32,000 nucleotides of DNA from Synechococcus sp. A15-28. GTDB lineage: Bacteria > Cyanobacteriota > Cyanobacteriia > PCC-6307 > Cyanobiaceae. Below are positions 18,667 through 26,079 of this stretch, piece by piece. The notes beneath the pieces are model-generated. The model worked only from the letters and a program-made list of their open reading frames with translations. It did not search any database and had not been told where the DNA came from. Position numbers and translations under genes: made by a program. The DNA lies in the NCBI RefSeq assembly GCF_014280175.1, contig NZ_CP047931.1:2010001-2042000 (forward strand), written 5' to 3'. The stretch's first letter is position 1. Each line of letters opens with the position of its first letter.

Positions 18667-20148
18667 GACGCCACCCCACTGAGACGCATCATCCACACCC
18701 TGAGACTGCTCAGGAAGGTAGAAGACTGCAGGAATGACTGAGATTTTGTCAGCCACCTTCAGCTTGAGGGAAGCTTCGATAGCAAGTTCAGGGGAATCAG
18801 GGTCATCGCCCTTTTGAGAGACAACGTACTGGGGGGCACCGAATCCGACAGCAAGCTTATGGCTTGTCTTTGCCAGCTTGTCCCACTGGAAACCAACCAT
18901 CCAGCTAGCAAGTTCTTCAACGTCAGAACCCTCAAGGGAGGAGAATCCATAACCAGCGCTGATTGAAGGAATCAGACCAGTCTCAGAAGGCTTCCAGAAA
19001 CCGTTGAGAGCAAAGTTATTGGAGTAGACATCGGTGCCCTTAGCGCAACTTTGCTCCTTAAAGAAGCCAGTTCCAAAACCTGCTTTGCACTGACCGTAGC
19101 GATAGCCGAAGGCAACACCCCACTTTTTAGATCCGTAGCCAATCTGGGCAGTCGTATTAGCACGTGAGTTGGAGCCGAACATGCCACCCGCGGTGGGATC
19201 GCTGTTCTCTGCTTCTCCAGCATCGGCGACATAGTTCACGGCAACAGTGAACTTAGGGTCCCCTTTAGCTACCTTCTGCTTCCAGATCAAGCCAACCAAA
19301 CCGCCGGTTTCTTTGTTGTAGACACCAGGTGTGCCCCAGTGACCACCAAACATGTTGAGGGTCTTCACTTTGTAAGCCGAGGGCTTCATACCCAAGCTTT
19401 CAGTATTCCGAGCCAGAGGGCCTACAATCGCGGTCAGGCCTTTTGCAACAGGGAAGCGATAGTAGAGACGATCAACTTCCATGACGTTTCCAGACATTCC
19501 GGAAACATCCAGCTTGCGCAATCCACCGGAGAAAGCAGACCCATCCTTCATGTTGCCACCGCGCAGGCGGGTGAAGAGAAGATCCTTACCAGTGAAAGAA
19601 GTCTTCAGACCAAGACGCAAGTCATAAGAGAAACTCAAGGCGTCATAGGCAGATTTGTCTGCGTCAGCCTCAGAATTAATGGCACCTGTAACGAAGGTAG
19701 CCTTACCTTTCAGCTTGGTGGTGGTGGAGAACTGAGTGGCTTCCAGTTCGCCAACGCGAGCTTCCAGACCGTCCACGCGGCCGCGGATCACAGCCAGCTC
19801 GGTTTCGAATTCTTTGATCAGACGACGCAGCTGATCGGTCACCTCGGTGATGCGGTCGAGGCAAGCGTTCAGCAGGGCAGCCGCTTCATAGCGGGTCATG
19901 GCCCGGTTGCCACTGAAGGTGCCGTTGGGGTAACCGGCGACGCAGCCGTAACGCTCGATCAGGTTGGCGAGTGCCTGGTAGGCCCAGTCAGTCGGGTAGA
20001 CGTCGGAGAACTGGGTGATGCTGGTGACCTGCTCTTCGGATGCCGAGTAGTCGGACACACCGTTGATGTTCAGGTCTGCGGCGTTGGCGCCGGAGGCCAG
20101 GAGGCCTAGGGCGGCAGGCGCTACCAGCAGTTGCTGGAAGAGTTTCAT
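18643..20148 (-). CDS. Outer-membrane porin 2 (SLH + coiled coil + OprB-like barrel)
   Basis: Signal peptide [23 protein letters not shown]; SLH motif [28 protein letters not shown]; C-terminal ...VVQTVFKF. ATG 20148 has GAGGA 6 nt upstream. The GTG 20160 extension would begin inside the SD. Confidence 0.9.
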   Translation of the reverse strand: MKLFQQLLVAPAALGLLASGANAADLNINGVSDYSASEEQVTSITQFSDVYPTDWAYQALANLIERYGCVAGYPNGTFSGNRAMTRYEAAALLNACLDRITEVTDQLRRLIKEFETELAVIRGRVDGLEARVGELEATQFSTTTKLKGKATFVTGAINSEADADKSAYDALSFSYDLRLGLKTSFTGKDLLFTRLRGGNMKDGSAFSGGLRKLDVSGMSGNVMEVDRLYYRFPVAKGLTAIVGPLARNTESLGMKPSAYKVKTLNMFGGHWGTPGVYNKETGGLVGLIWKQKVAKGDPKFTVAVNYVADAGEAENSDPTAGGMFGSNSRANTTAQIGYGSKKWGVAFGYRYGQCKAGFGTGFFKEQSCAKGTDVYSNNFALNGFWKPSETGLIPSISAGYGFSSLEGSDVEELASWMVGFQWDKLAKTSHKLAVGFGAPQYVVSQKGDDPDSPELAIEASLKLKVADKISVIPAVFYLPEQSQGVDDASQWGGVVQTVFKF

Positions 20149-20225
20149 GAGATTCCTCACACCAAAATTGAGGGAAGTGGACAGAGAGTCCTACAGGAAA
20201 ATACTGGTGAAGGAAAAGTCTGCAC
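19707..20225. repeat. Repeat R2, copy A (porin 2 N-terminal third + 5'UTR)
   Basis: Identical to 21875-22393 at offset 2168 except G/A at 20002/22170, G/A at 20197/22365, and a few changes beyond 20210. Weaker similarity continues to about 20290. Confidence 0.92.
20152..20162 (-). promoter_or_regulatory. Porin 2 Shine-Dalgarno region with GUGUGAGGAAU box (predicted Yfr1 / Yfr1-like pairing site)
   Basis: mRNA sense is UUUUGGUGUGAGGAAUCUC-AUG. The box is complementary to GUUCCUCACAC of the modules at 18597-18607 and 20640-20650. Confidence 0.55.
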
Positions 20226-20376
20226 AGGAGGCCGCACTGTTATGTGTCCATTACTACGCCTTAACCAGTTTAAGCTTAGGTTAAATAACTAGGTTGAAGG
20301 TTGTTAGCCAAAGACAACCCAGCTCACAAAAGGTGGGTTGAGGAAGAAAGCACAAGTAGAGATTCTTCGTTGCTAA

Positions 20377-20506
20377 TTAGAAAATGAAGTTGGACTTCAC
20401 ATAAGCACCGTCAACATAATGTTGAGATCCGCAGCTTGTGCTATTTGAGACCAATCAAAAATGTCAGGGCTGCCGGTGCGACCAAAAGGTCCTGGAGAAG
20501 TTTCAT
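20377..20506 (-). pseudogene. Remnant of a fifth porin: porin-1-like signal-peptide codons fused to porin-4-like last 14 codons
   Basis: From ATG 20506 it reads [21 protein letters not shown]-stop, compared with porin 1 [30 protein letters not shown]. Out-of-frame AQAADLNI codons are then joined at about 20418-20421 to YVDGAYVKSNFIF-TAA, compared with porin 4 DYVQGAYVKTTFTF. A degenerate copy of the porin-4 terminator follows at about 20320-20345. Confidence 0.7.
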
Positions 20507-20708
20507 ACTCATCCCCTCAAATTCCTGCAGGAAGCATTACAACAACAAACTGAAGGCACCGAACTTGGGGAGTTGTGCTAGACCCCATTAACCCATTACT
20601 AAACACAATAAAAAAGCCCCCCTGACGGGGGGCTGATCTGTGTGAGGAACAAGTCTGAAAACCCGACCGAAGTCGGGTTATGAATCAGAACTTGAAGACG
20701 GTCTGAAC
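20418..20708. repeat. Repeat R1, copy B
   Basis: See copy A (18375-18666). Confidence 0.85.
20607..20680 (-). ncRNA. Yfr1-like RNA module, copy 2 (also the terminator region of porin 3)
   Basis: Minus strand: AACCCGAC-UUCG-GUCGGGUU, then UUCAGACUUGU-UCCUCACAC-AGAUC, then AGCCCCCC-GUCA-GGGGGGCU plus UUUUU. It differs from copy 1 only at the base of hairpin 1 (AA vs GG, both able to pair with UU) and in the loop of hairpin 2. Confidence 0.5.
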
Positions 20709-22316
20709 TACACCGCCGAACACACCAACGGACTTGTCGTCGGGAGTCTCGAATCCGTAAGGACGAGAAAGCCAGTAAATCGCAGGGGTTACAGCAATTT
20801 TGTTGGTGACCTGGAACTTGTACCAGAGCTCCATGGCATAGTTGCCATCGGCAACAAAATCACTTTCGCCTTTGCGATCAACCTTAGTCACGAACCGTGG
20901 CTGACCAATAGCAGCTCCAAGGGCGTTCTTCTTCTGGAAAACATCATTCCAAGTAAGACCCACCATCCAAGAGGCCATCTCACGGATTTCGGTCGCATCC
21001 TCCCAGTCATCGTTGCCATTGCTGTAGGAAGCACCAACACCCGCACTAATGGAAGGAATCATGCCTGATTCCTCAGGGCGCCAGAAGGCATGGAGTGACC
21101 AGTTGTGGCTATCGGCATCAGAACGAACTTCTTTGCCGTCTTTATTTTCAACGGTGCAAGAAGTGTCGCCCTTACCAGCGAACTCTGTACCAGTACGGAA
21201 TTTAGCTCCGCACTGTCCGTAGCGATAACCAGCGGCAAGGCCCCATCTCTTGGTTCCGTAGGCAATCTGGCTGGTAATGTTCGCTTCGGAGTTATCGGTC
21301 ATGAAGCCACCCGAATTGGGGTTGCTATCTTCACCCTCTCCGGAGTCAGCAATGTAGTTAGCGGCAAGAGTCCAGTAAGGATTGCCCTTTCCTGCGCTCT
21401 TCTTGTTGGTGTAGATCAGACCGAAGCCGCTGCCAGTTTCCTTGTTCCAAACGCCGGGGGTTCCCAGAGAACCACCGAAGAAGTCGAGAACCTTCTGGCC
21501 ACCCTTAGCATAAGCACTGGCCTTGTAGCCCATCATTTCGGTGTTGCGGGTCAGAGCACCGATCTGAGCCTTAAATCCGCTGCCCAGGGGGAATCGATAG
21601 TACAAACGATCAATCTCAACAGCGTTGCCGCCAGGAGCACCAGTGTCAAGCTTGTTCAAGCCAACACCGTTGCCATCCCAAACCGAGGCATCGCCCTGGT
21701 TGCCGACACGTAGGCGAGTGAAGAGCAAATCCTTACCAGTGAAGGACGTCTTCAGACCCAGGCGCAGGTCATAACTGAAGGTGAAAGCGCCGTACTCAGC
21801 GTTGTAGTCATCCTTCATATTGCCAGGGTTATCACCAAGAGCTTTGGTGGCACCCATGACGAAATTCGCCTTGCCTTTCAGCTTGGTGGTGGTGGAGAAC
21901 TGAGTGGCTTCCAGTTCGCCAACGCGAGCTTCCAGACCGTCCACGCGGCCGCGGATCACAGCCAGCTCGGTTTCGAATTCTTTGATCAGACGACGCAGCT
22001 GATCGGTCACCTCGGTGATGCGGTCGAGGCAAGCGTTCAGCAGGGCAGCCGCTTCATAGCGGGTCATGGCCCGGTTGCCACTGAAGGTGCCGTTGGGGTA
22101 ACCGGCGACGCAGCCGTAACGCTCGATCAGGTTGGCGAGTGCCTGGTAGGCCCAGTCAGTCGGGTAGACATCGGAGAACTGGGTGATGCTGGTGACCTGC
22201 TCTTCGGATGCCGAGTAGTCGGACACACCGTTGATGTTCAGGTCTGCGGCGTTGGCGCCGGAGGCCAGGAGGCCTAGGGCGGCAGGCGCTACCAGCAGTT
22301 GCTGGAAGAGTTTCAT
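20685..22316 (-). CDS. Outer-membrane porin 3 (SLH + coiled coil + OprB-like barrel)
   Basis: The first ~150 residues are identical to porin 2. The barrel is divergent and ends ...GGVVQTVFKF. ATG 22316 has GAGGA upstream. Confidence 0.9.
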   Translation of the reverse strand: MKLFQQLLVAPAALGLLASGANAADLNINGVSDYSASEEQVTSITQFSDVYPTDWAYQALANLIERYGCVAGYPNGTFSGNRAMTRYEAAALLNACLDRITEVTDQLRRLIKEFETELAVIRGRVDGLEARVGELEATQFSTTTKLKGKANFVMGATKALGDNPGNMKDDYNAEYGAFTFSYDLRLGLKTSFTGKDLLFTRLRVGNQGDASVWDGNGVGLNKLDTGAPGGNAVEIDRLYYRFPLGSGFKAQIGALTRNTEMMGYKASAYAKGGQKVLDFFGGSLGTPGVWNKETGSGFGLIYTNKKSAGKGNPYWTLAANYIADSGEGEDSNPNSGGFMTDNSEANITSQIAYGTKRWGLAAGYRYGQCGAKFRTGTEFAGKGDTSCTVENKDGKEVRSDADSHNWSLHAFWRPEESGMIPSISAGVGASYSNGNDDWEDATEIREMASWMVGLTWNDVFQKKNALGAAIGQPRFVTKVDRKGESDFVADGNYAMELWYKFQVTNKIAVTPAIYWLSRPYGFETPDDKSVGVFGGVVQTVFKF

Positions 22317-22393
22317 GAGATTCCTCACACCAAAATTGAGGGAAGTGGACAGAGAGTCCTACAGAAAAATACTGGTGAAGCAAAAGCGATCAC
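21875..22393. repeat. Repeat R2, copy B (porin 3 N-terminal third + 5'UTR)
   Basis: See copy A (19707-20225). Confidence 0.92.
22320..22330 (-). promoter_or_regulatory. Porin 3 Shine-Dalgarno region with GUGUGAGGAAU box
   Basis: Identical to the porin 2 site (part of repeat R2). Confidence 0.55.
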
Positions 22394-22475
22394 AAGGGTC
22401 CGCACAATTTTGTGTCTATTACTACACTTTAAACAATTTAAGGCAAGTTTAAAGGCCAAAGTGGCAGTTAAAGGC

Positions 22476-22505
22476 AAAAAAAACCCACCTCATAAGAGGT
22501 GGGTC
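22476..22505 (-). terminator. Intrinsic terminator of porin 4
   Basis: Minus strand: ACCCACCU-CUUAUG-AGGUGGGU followed by UUUUUUU, about 38 nt after the porin 4 stop (22543). Confidence 0.75.
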
Positions 22506-22542
22506 GGAAAAGAAAGAACTAGTGGAGGTTCTTCGTTGGCGA

Positions 22543-23994
22543 TCAGAAGGTAAATGTGGTCTTCACGTAAGCACCTTGGACGTAATCACTTGAAAGATCG
22601 CCGGAATACTCATCAATGATGAAGTAAGTCGGCGTGACGGTGATGTTGTCGGTAACGGCAAACTTATAGAAGATTTCCCACATCATGTTGTAGTCGTCTT
22701 CGATTTTAGGAGCCTGACCGATGGCTGTGCCGAATGAGTTACCTTCAATGCCAACATCAGACCACTCAAAACCGGCGTACCAGCTGGTGATCTCTTCGTC
22801 TGAATCTTCAGGGTTAGACAATGAGTAACCACCACTCACAGAAGGAATGATACCTGAATCTGCAGGTGCCCATGCTGCAGCAATGCTGAAGCCATGACGG
22901 CTGTCACCAGCTTCAGCAGCTGCCTTGTTGGTGCCGATGGTCAGGCCAACATTTTGCGCGTAGGCATAACCAACTTGAGCCAAGAAGCTACCTTCAGCGA
23001 CTTCACCTTCATAGAAAAGCTGCCAAGAAGATGTCGAACCGGTTTCATCACGGCCAATGCCCGTACTGCTTCCATCCCATGCGACGTAGTTGCCGCTGAG
23101 TTTGAAACCAGAGTCTCCAAGCGTATAAATACCACCCAAGCCGGCGCCGGTGCTAGCCAGGTTGTTGGTTGCCCAGGCACCGCCATAGGTGAAGAAGTCC
23201 AGCAGCAGGTCGGAGGGGTAGAAGGTTGCATAGCCGGCGTACATACCAGGGTCATCCGTCCTCACCACAGGACCAGCTGTCACCGTCAGGTTCTCACCAA
23301 CAGGGAAGGTGTAGAACAAGCGACCGATTTTGACGGTGTTACCGGAGGACATGGCGGTCTCAACAAAGGTGAGACCTTCATCCCAGACGGAGGGACCGAA
23401 GTTACCGGAACGCAGAACGGTCGTCAGCATGTCCTTACCCGTGAAGGACGTCTTCAGAGCAAGACGAAGGTCGTAGTTGAAGGTGAGTGCCTCACCCTCA
23501 TCATCGTCGAAACCTTCAGCAGCACCAAAGACCCAAGCGGAGTAACCCTTCAGCTTGGTGGTGGTGGAGAACTTGGTCGCTTCAAGTTTGCCGACGCGAG
23601 CCTCGAGACCGTCGACTTTGCCGGCGATCATTGCGAGTTCTTTCTCGAACTCAGAAATAAGACTCTTGAGTTGATCGGTCACCTCGGTGACGCGATCGAG
23701 GCAGGCATTCAGCAGGGCAGCCGCTTCATAGCGGGTCATGGCCCGGCCACCACGGAAGGTGCCGGTGGGGTAGCCGGCCACACAGCCGTACTGCTCCACC
23801 AGGTTGCTCAGAGCCTGGTAAGCCCAGTCGGTGGGATAAACGTCAGAAAACTGGGTGACGCTGGTGACCTGATCCTTCTTGGAAGAAGAGGAGTACTCAG
23901 CAACACCATTGATGTTGAGCTCGGCGGCATTGGCACCGGAGGCCAGAAGGCCAAGGGCGGCTGGAGCCACCAGCAATTGCTGGAAAAGCTTCAT
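22543..23994 (-). CDS. Outer-membrane porin 4 (SLH + coiled coil + OprB-like barrel)
   Basis: Signal peptide [23 protein letters not shown]; SLH motif [28 protein letters not shown]; the most divergent and acidic barrel, ending ...AYVKTTFTF. Confidence 0.9.
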   Translation of the reverse strand: MKLFQQLLVAPAALGLLASGANAAELNINGVAEYSSSSKKDQVTSVTQFSDVYPTDWAYQALSNLVEQYGCVAGYPTGTFRGGRAMTRYEAAALLNACLDRVTEVTDQLKSLISEFEKELAMIAGKVDGLEARVGKLEATKFSTTTKLKGYSAWVFGAAEGFDDDEGEALTFNYDLRLALKTSFTGKDMLTTVLRSGNFGPSVWDEGLTFVETAMSSGNTVKIGRLFYTFPVGENLTVTAGPVVRTDDPGMYAGYATFYPSDLLLDFFTYGGAWATNNLASTGAGLGGIYTLGDSGFKLSGNYVAWDGSSTGIGRDETGSTSSWQLFYEGEVAEGSFLAQVGYAYAQNVGLTIGTNKAAAEAGDSRHGFSIAAAWAPADSGIIPSVSGGYSLSNPEDSDEEITSWYAGFEWSDVGIEGNSFGTAIGQAPKIEDDYNMMWEIFYKFAVTDNITVTPTYFIIDEYSGDLSSDYVQGAYVKTTFTF

Positions 23995-24000
23995 GGGGGG

Positions 24001-24012
24001 TCCTCACACAGA
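24001..24012 (-). promoter_or_regulatory. Porin 4 Shine-Dalgarno region with UCUGUGUGAGGA box
   Basis: mRNA sense is UUUUCUGUGUGAGGACCCCCC-AUG. There are 12 contiguous Watson-Crick pairs with UCCUCACACAGA of the modules. Confidence 0.55.
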
Positions 24013-24198
24013 AAATGGGCGCAACAACGCCACTTAGACCTCATAAGGCTTTACTAAGCTTTAACCAAGCAATCCTGTGCCAGCTCCCTTAATGACTGGT
24101 AACAGGTGTCACAGAACACGCCTGAAAGCGTTCACTACGGACATGAAATTGATTCGTGCGGGCCTCCACCCACAGTGGGGCAGCCCCTTGTGCGCTCC

Positions 24199-25803
24199 AT
24201 GTCCCCTCGGGTCCTGCGCGTCGCCGTTCTCTTCGCAGCCGTCCTGCTGACGCTGCAGGCCTGGCGGTCCTGGGTGCTCCTGGCCAGTTACGACCAGGGA
24301 ATCTTTCAGCAAGTGCTCTGGAACTCTCTCCAGGGTCATCCGTTTGAAAGCACCCTCTCCTCGCAGCTCTCCACCAATGTGATTCACGCCGGGGAGCTGC
24401 CCTCGGTCGACTACGAGCGGCTTGGTCAGCATTTCACCCCCACTCTCCTGCTCTGGACACCCCTTTTGGGGCTGATCGGAGGTGCCGCCCTGCCGCTGGT
24501 GCAGGTGGGACTGATCACGGCGGCTGGCCTCACATTGCATCGACTGGCATTGGGTCTGCTGCCGGAACGCACTGCCAACTGGCTCACCTACGGCTTCTTT
24601 GCAGGTAATGCCCTGATCGGCCCCACGCTCGGGAACTACACCGACCTCTGCCAGCTGCCCCTGGCCGTGTTTGTCCTGATGCTCGGCCTGGTGGAGCGTC
24701 GCCGCTGGTGGATCACTGGAGCAGCCCTCTGGATCCCTTTGATCCGCGAGGACACCGGTGTGCTGCTGGTGGCCATCGGTCTGTGGCTGCTGCTGCGGCA
24801 ACGACAGCTCTGGCCATTGGCCATGGCCTTGATCGCCTGGGGTGGTGGCTGGGTGCTGATCTGCACCAACCTGCTGATGCCGCTGTTCTCCGACGACAAC
24901 GCCAAGCGGTTCATGGTGGAGAACTTCGGCCAGTACCTGGGGGACGAGAACAGCAGCTCAAGCCTCGGAATGGTGGGACACGCCCTGCGTCAGCCTCTGC
25001 TGCTGCTTCAGCAGTTGGTGGATCCACCGGGTCAAACCCTGCTGTATCTGCTCGGCCATGGCCTGCCCTTTCTGTTCGTCCCTCTGATCAGCCTCGACAC
25101 CTGGCTGCTGGCGGGGCCCAGTCTGCTCGGGCTGTTTCTGGCCCAGGGGGCCAACGACCCCCTCTCGATCACTATCCGCTACACGCTGCTGGTGGTACCC
25201 GGATTCGCCCTTGGCGCTCTGTTCTGGTGGCAGCGTCGGCCAAAACCCAACCCTGGAGCGCGAACCCGCCTGGCCTGGGGCGCTGCCCTCAGCCTGTCTC
25301 TGCTGCTGACAGTCAGCAGCAACCCACACCGCAGCCTGTCCTTCCTGATCCCTGACAGCATTGATCCCTGGGTGAACAGCCCCCCGTGGCGTCAGTGGCA
25401 TCATGGCGCTGCCGCTCGCCAGGCCCTGGCCGTCATCCCGGCCGATGGCAGCGTGGCCGCCAACACACCCCTGGTGCCGCTGCTAGCCAGACGCGCCGTG
25501 CTCGTGCGCTTCCCATTCGCCACGGGCTTTCTGGATCGATCCGGATCACCGCAGCAGGTCGACTGGATCGCCGTGGATCTCGAGCAGCTCGAGCAATACG
25601 GGGTTGCTTTCAGAGGCGACTGGAAGCAGCTGCGCAACGCTCGCCGCTGGCTGGCTGCCCACCGCGACAGCCATCGGGTGCAGGCCATCAACAGTGGTGT
25701 GGTGGTGCTGCAGCGCAATGGCGTTCAGCATCCCGACCTTGAAGCCGCCCTCGATCGGCAGCTGGATCGACCACTCCCTGCCGACCCCCGCCGGCGCTCC
25801 TGA
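24199..25803 (+). CDS. DUF2079 family integral membrane protein, paralog 1
   Basis: Multi-TM protein with YDQGIFQQVLWN after TM1, LGQHFTP, IPLIREDTG and LMPLFSDDNAKRFMVENFGQYL, which is the DUF2079 (COG3463) pattern as I remember it. ATG 24199 is preferred; GTG 24106 is possible. Confidence 0.75.
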   Translation: MSPRVLRVAVLFAAVLLTLQAWRSWVLLASYDQGIFQQVLWNSLQGHPFESTLSSQLSTNVIHAGELPSVDYERLGQHFTPTLLLWTPLLGLIGGAALPLVQVGLITAAGLTLHRLALGLLPERTANWLTYGFFAGNALIGPTLGNYTDLCQLPLAVFVLMLGLVERRRWWITGAALWIPLIREDTGVLLVAIGLWLLLRQRQLWPLAMALIAWGGGWVLICTNLLMPLFSDDNAKRFMVENFGQYLGDENSSSSLGMVGHALRQPLLLLQQLVDPPGQTLLYLLGHGLPFLFVPLISLDTWLLAGPSLLGLFLAQGANDPLSITIRYTLLVVPGFALGALFWWQRRPKPNPGARTRLAWGAALSLSLLLTVSSNPHRSLSFLIPDSIDPWVNSPPWRQWHHGAAARQALAVIPADGSVAANTPLVPLLARRAVLVRFPFATGFLDRSGSPQQVDWIAVDLEQLEQYGVAFRGDWKQLRNARRWLAAHRDSHRVQAINSGVVVLQRNGVQHPDLEAALDRQLDRPLPADPRRRS

Positions 25804-26079
25804 TCAGAACGATGCCCCCGATCGTAAGACCGACCGGGGGCTCTCGCCGAGTCCGTTTTTGCCGCGGAACCGGATGATCAGTTAGAGCGCGCCGTTCAGC
25901 CGGCGTTCTCCGCGATCAGCAGACCCTGCATGAAAGAACTGGATTGCATGGACACCTCCTCCTGAAAGGGTTAGTGAGCGCCGGTGATGCATTCGGTGGT
26001 GTCCAGGACCCGAAGGTCCGAAGATGCCACCACACCACTGCGGTCGGGACCCTTGAACCCTAACGGAGGTGTCAAAACT

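Noticed and set aside
17904-24057. Plus-strand ORFs opposite the porins (17904..18539, 19339..20109, 21105..21713, 22894..24057)
   Set aside because: They are antisense to porin genes with complete signal peptide, SLH and barrel architecture. Their mutual similarity simply mirrors the porin paralogy.
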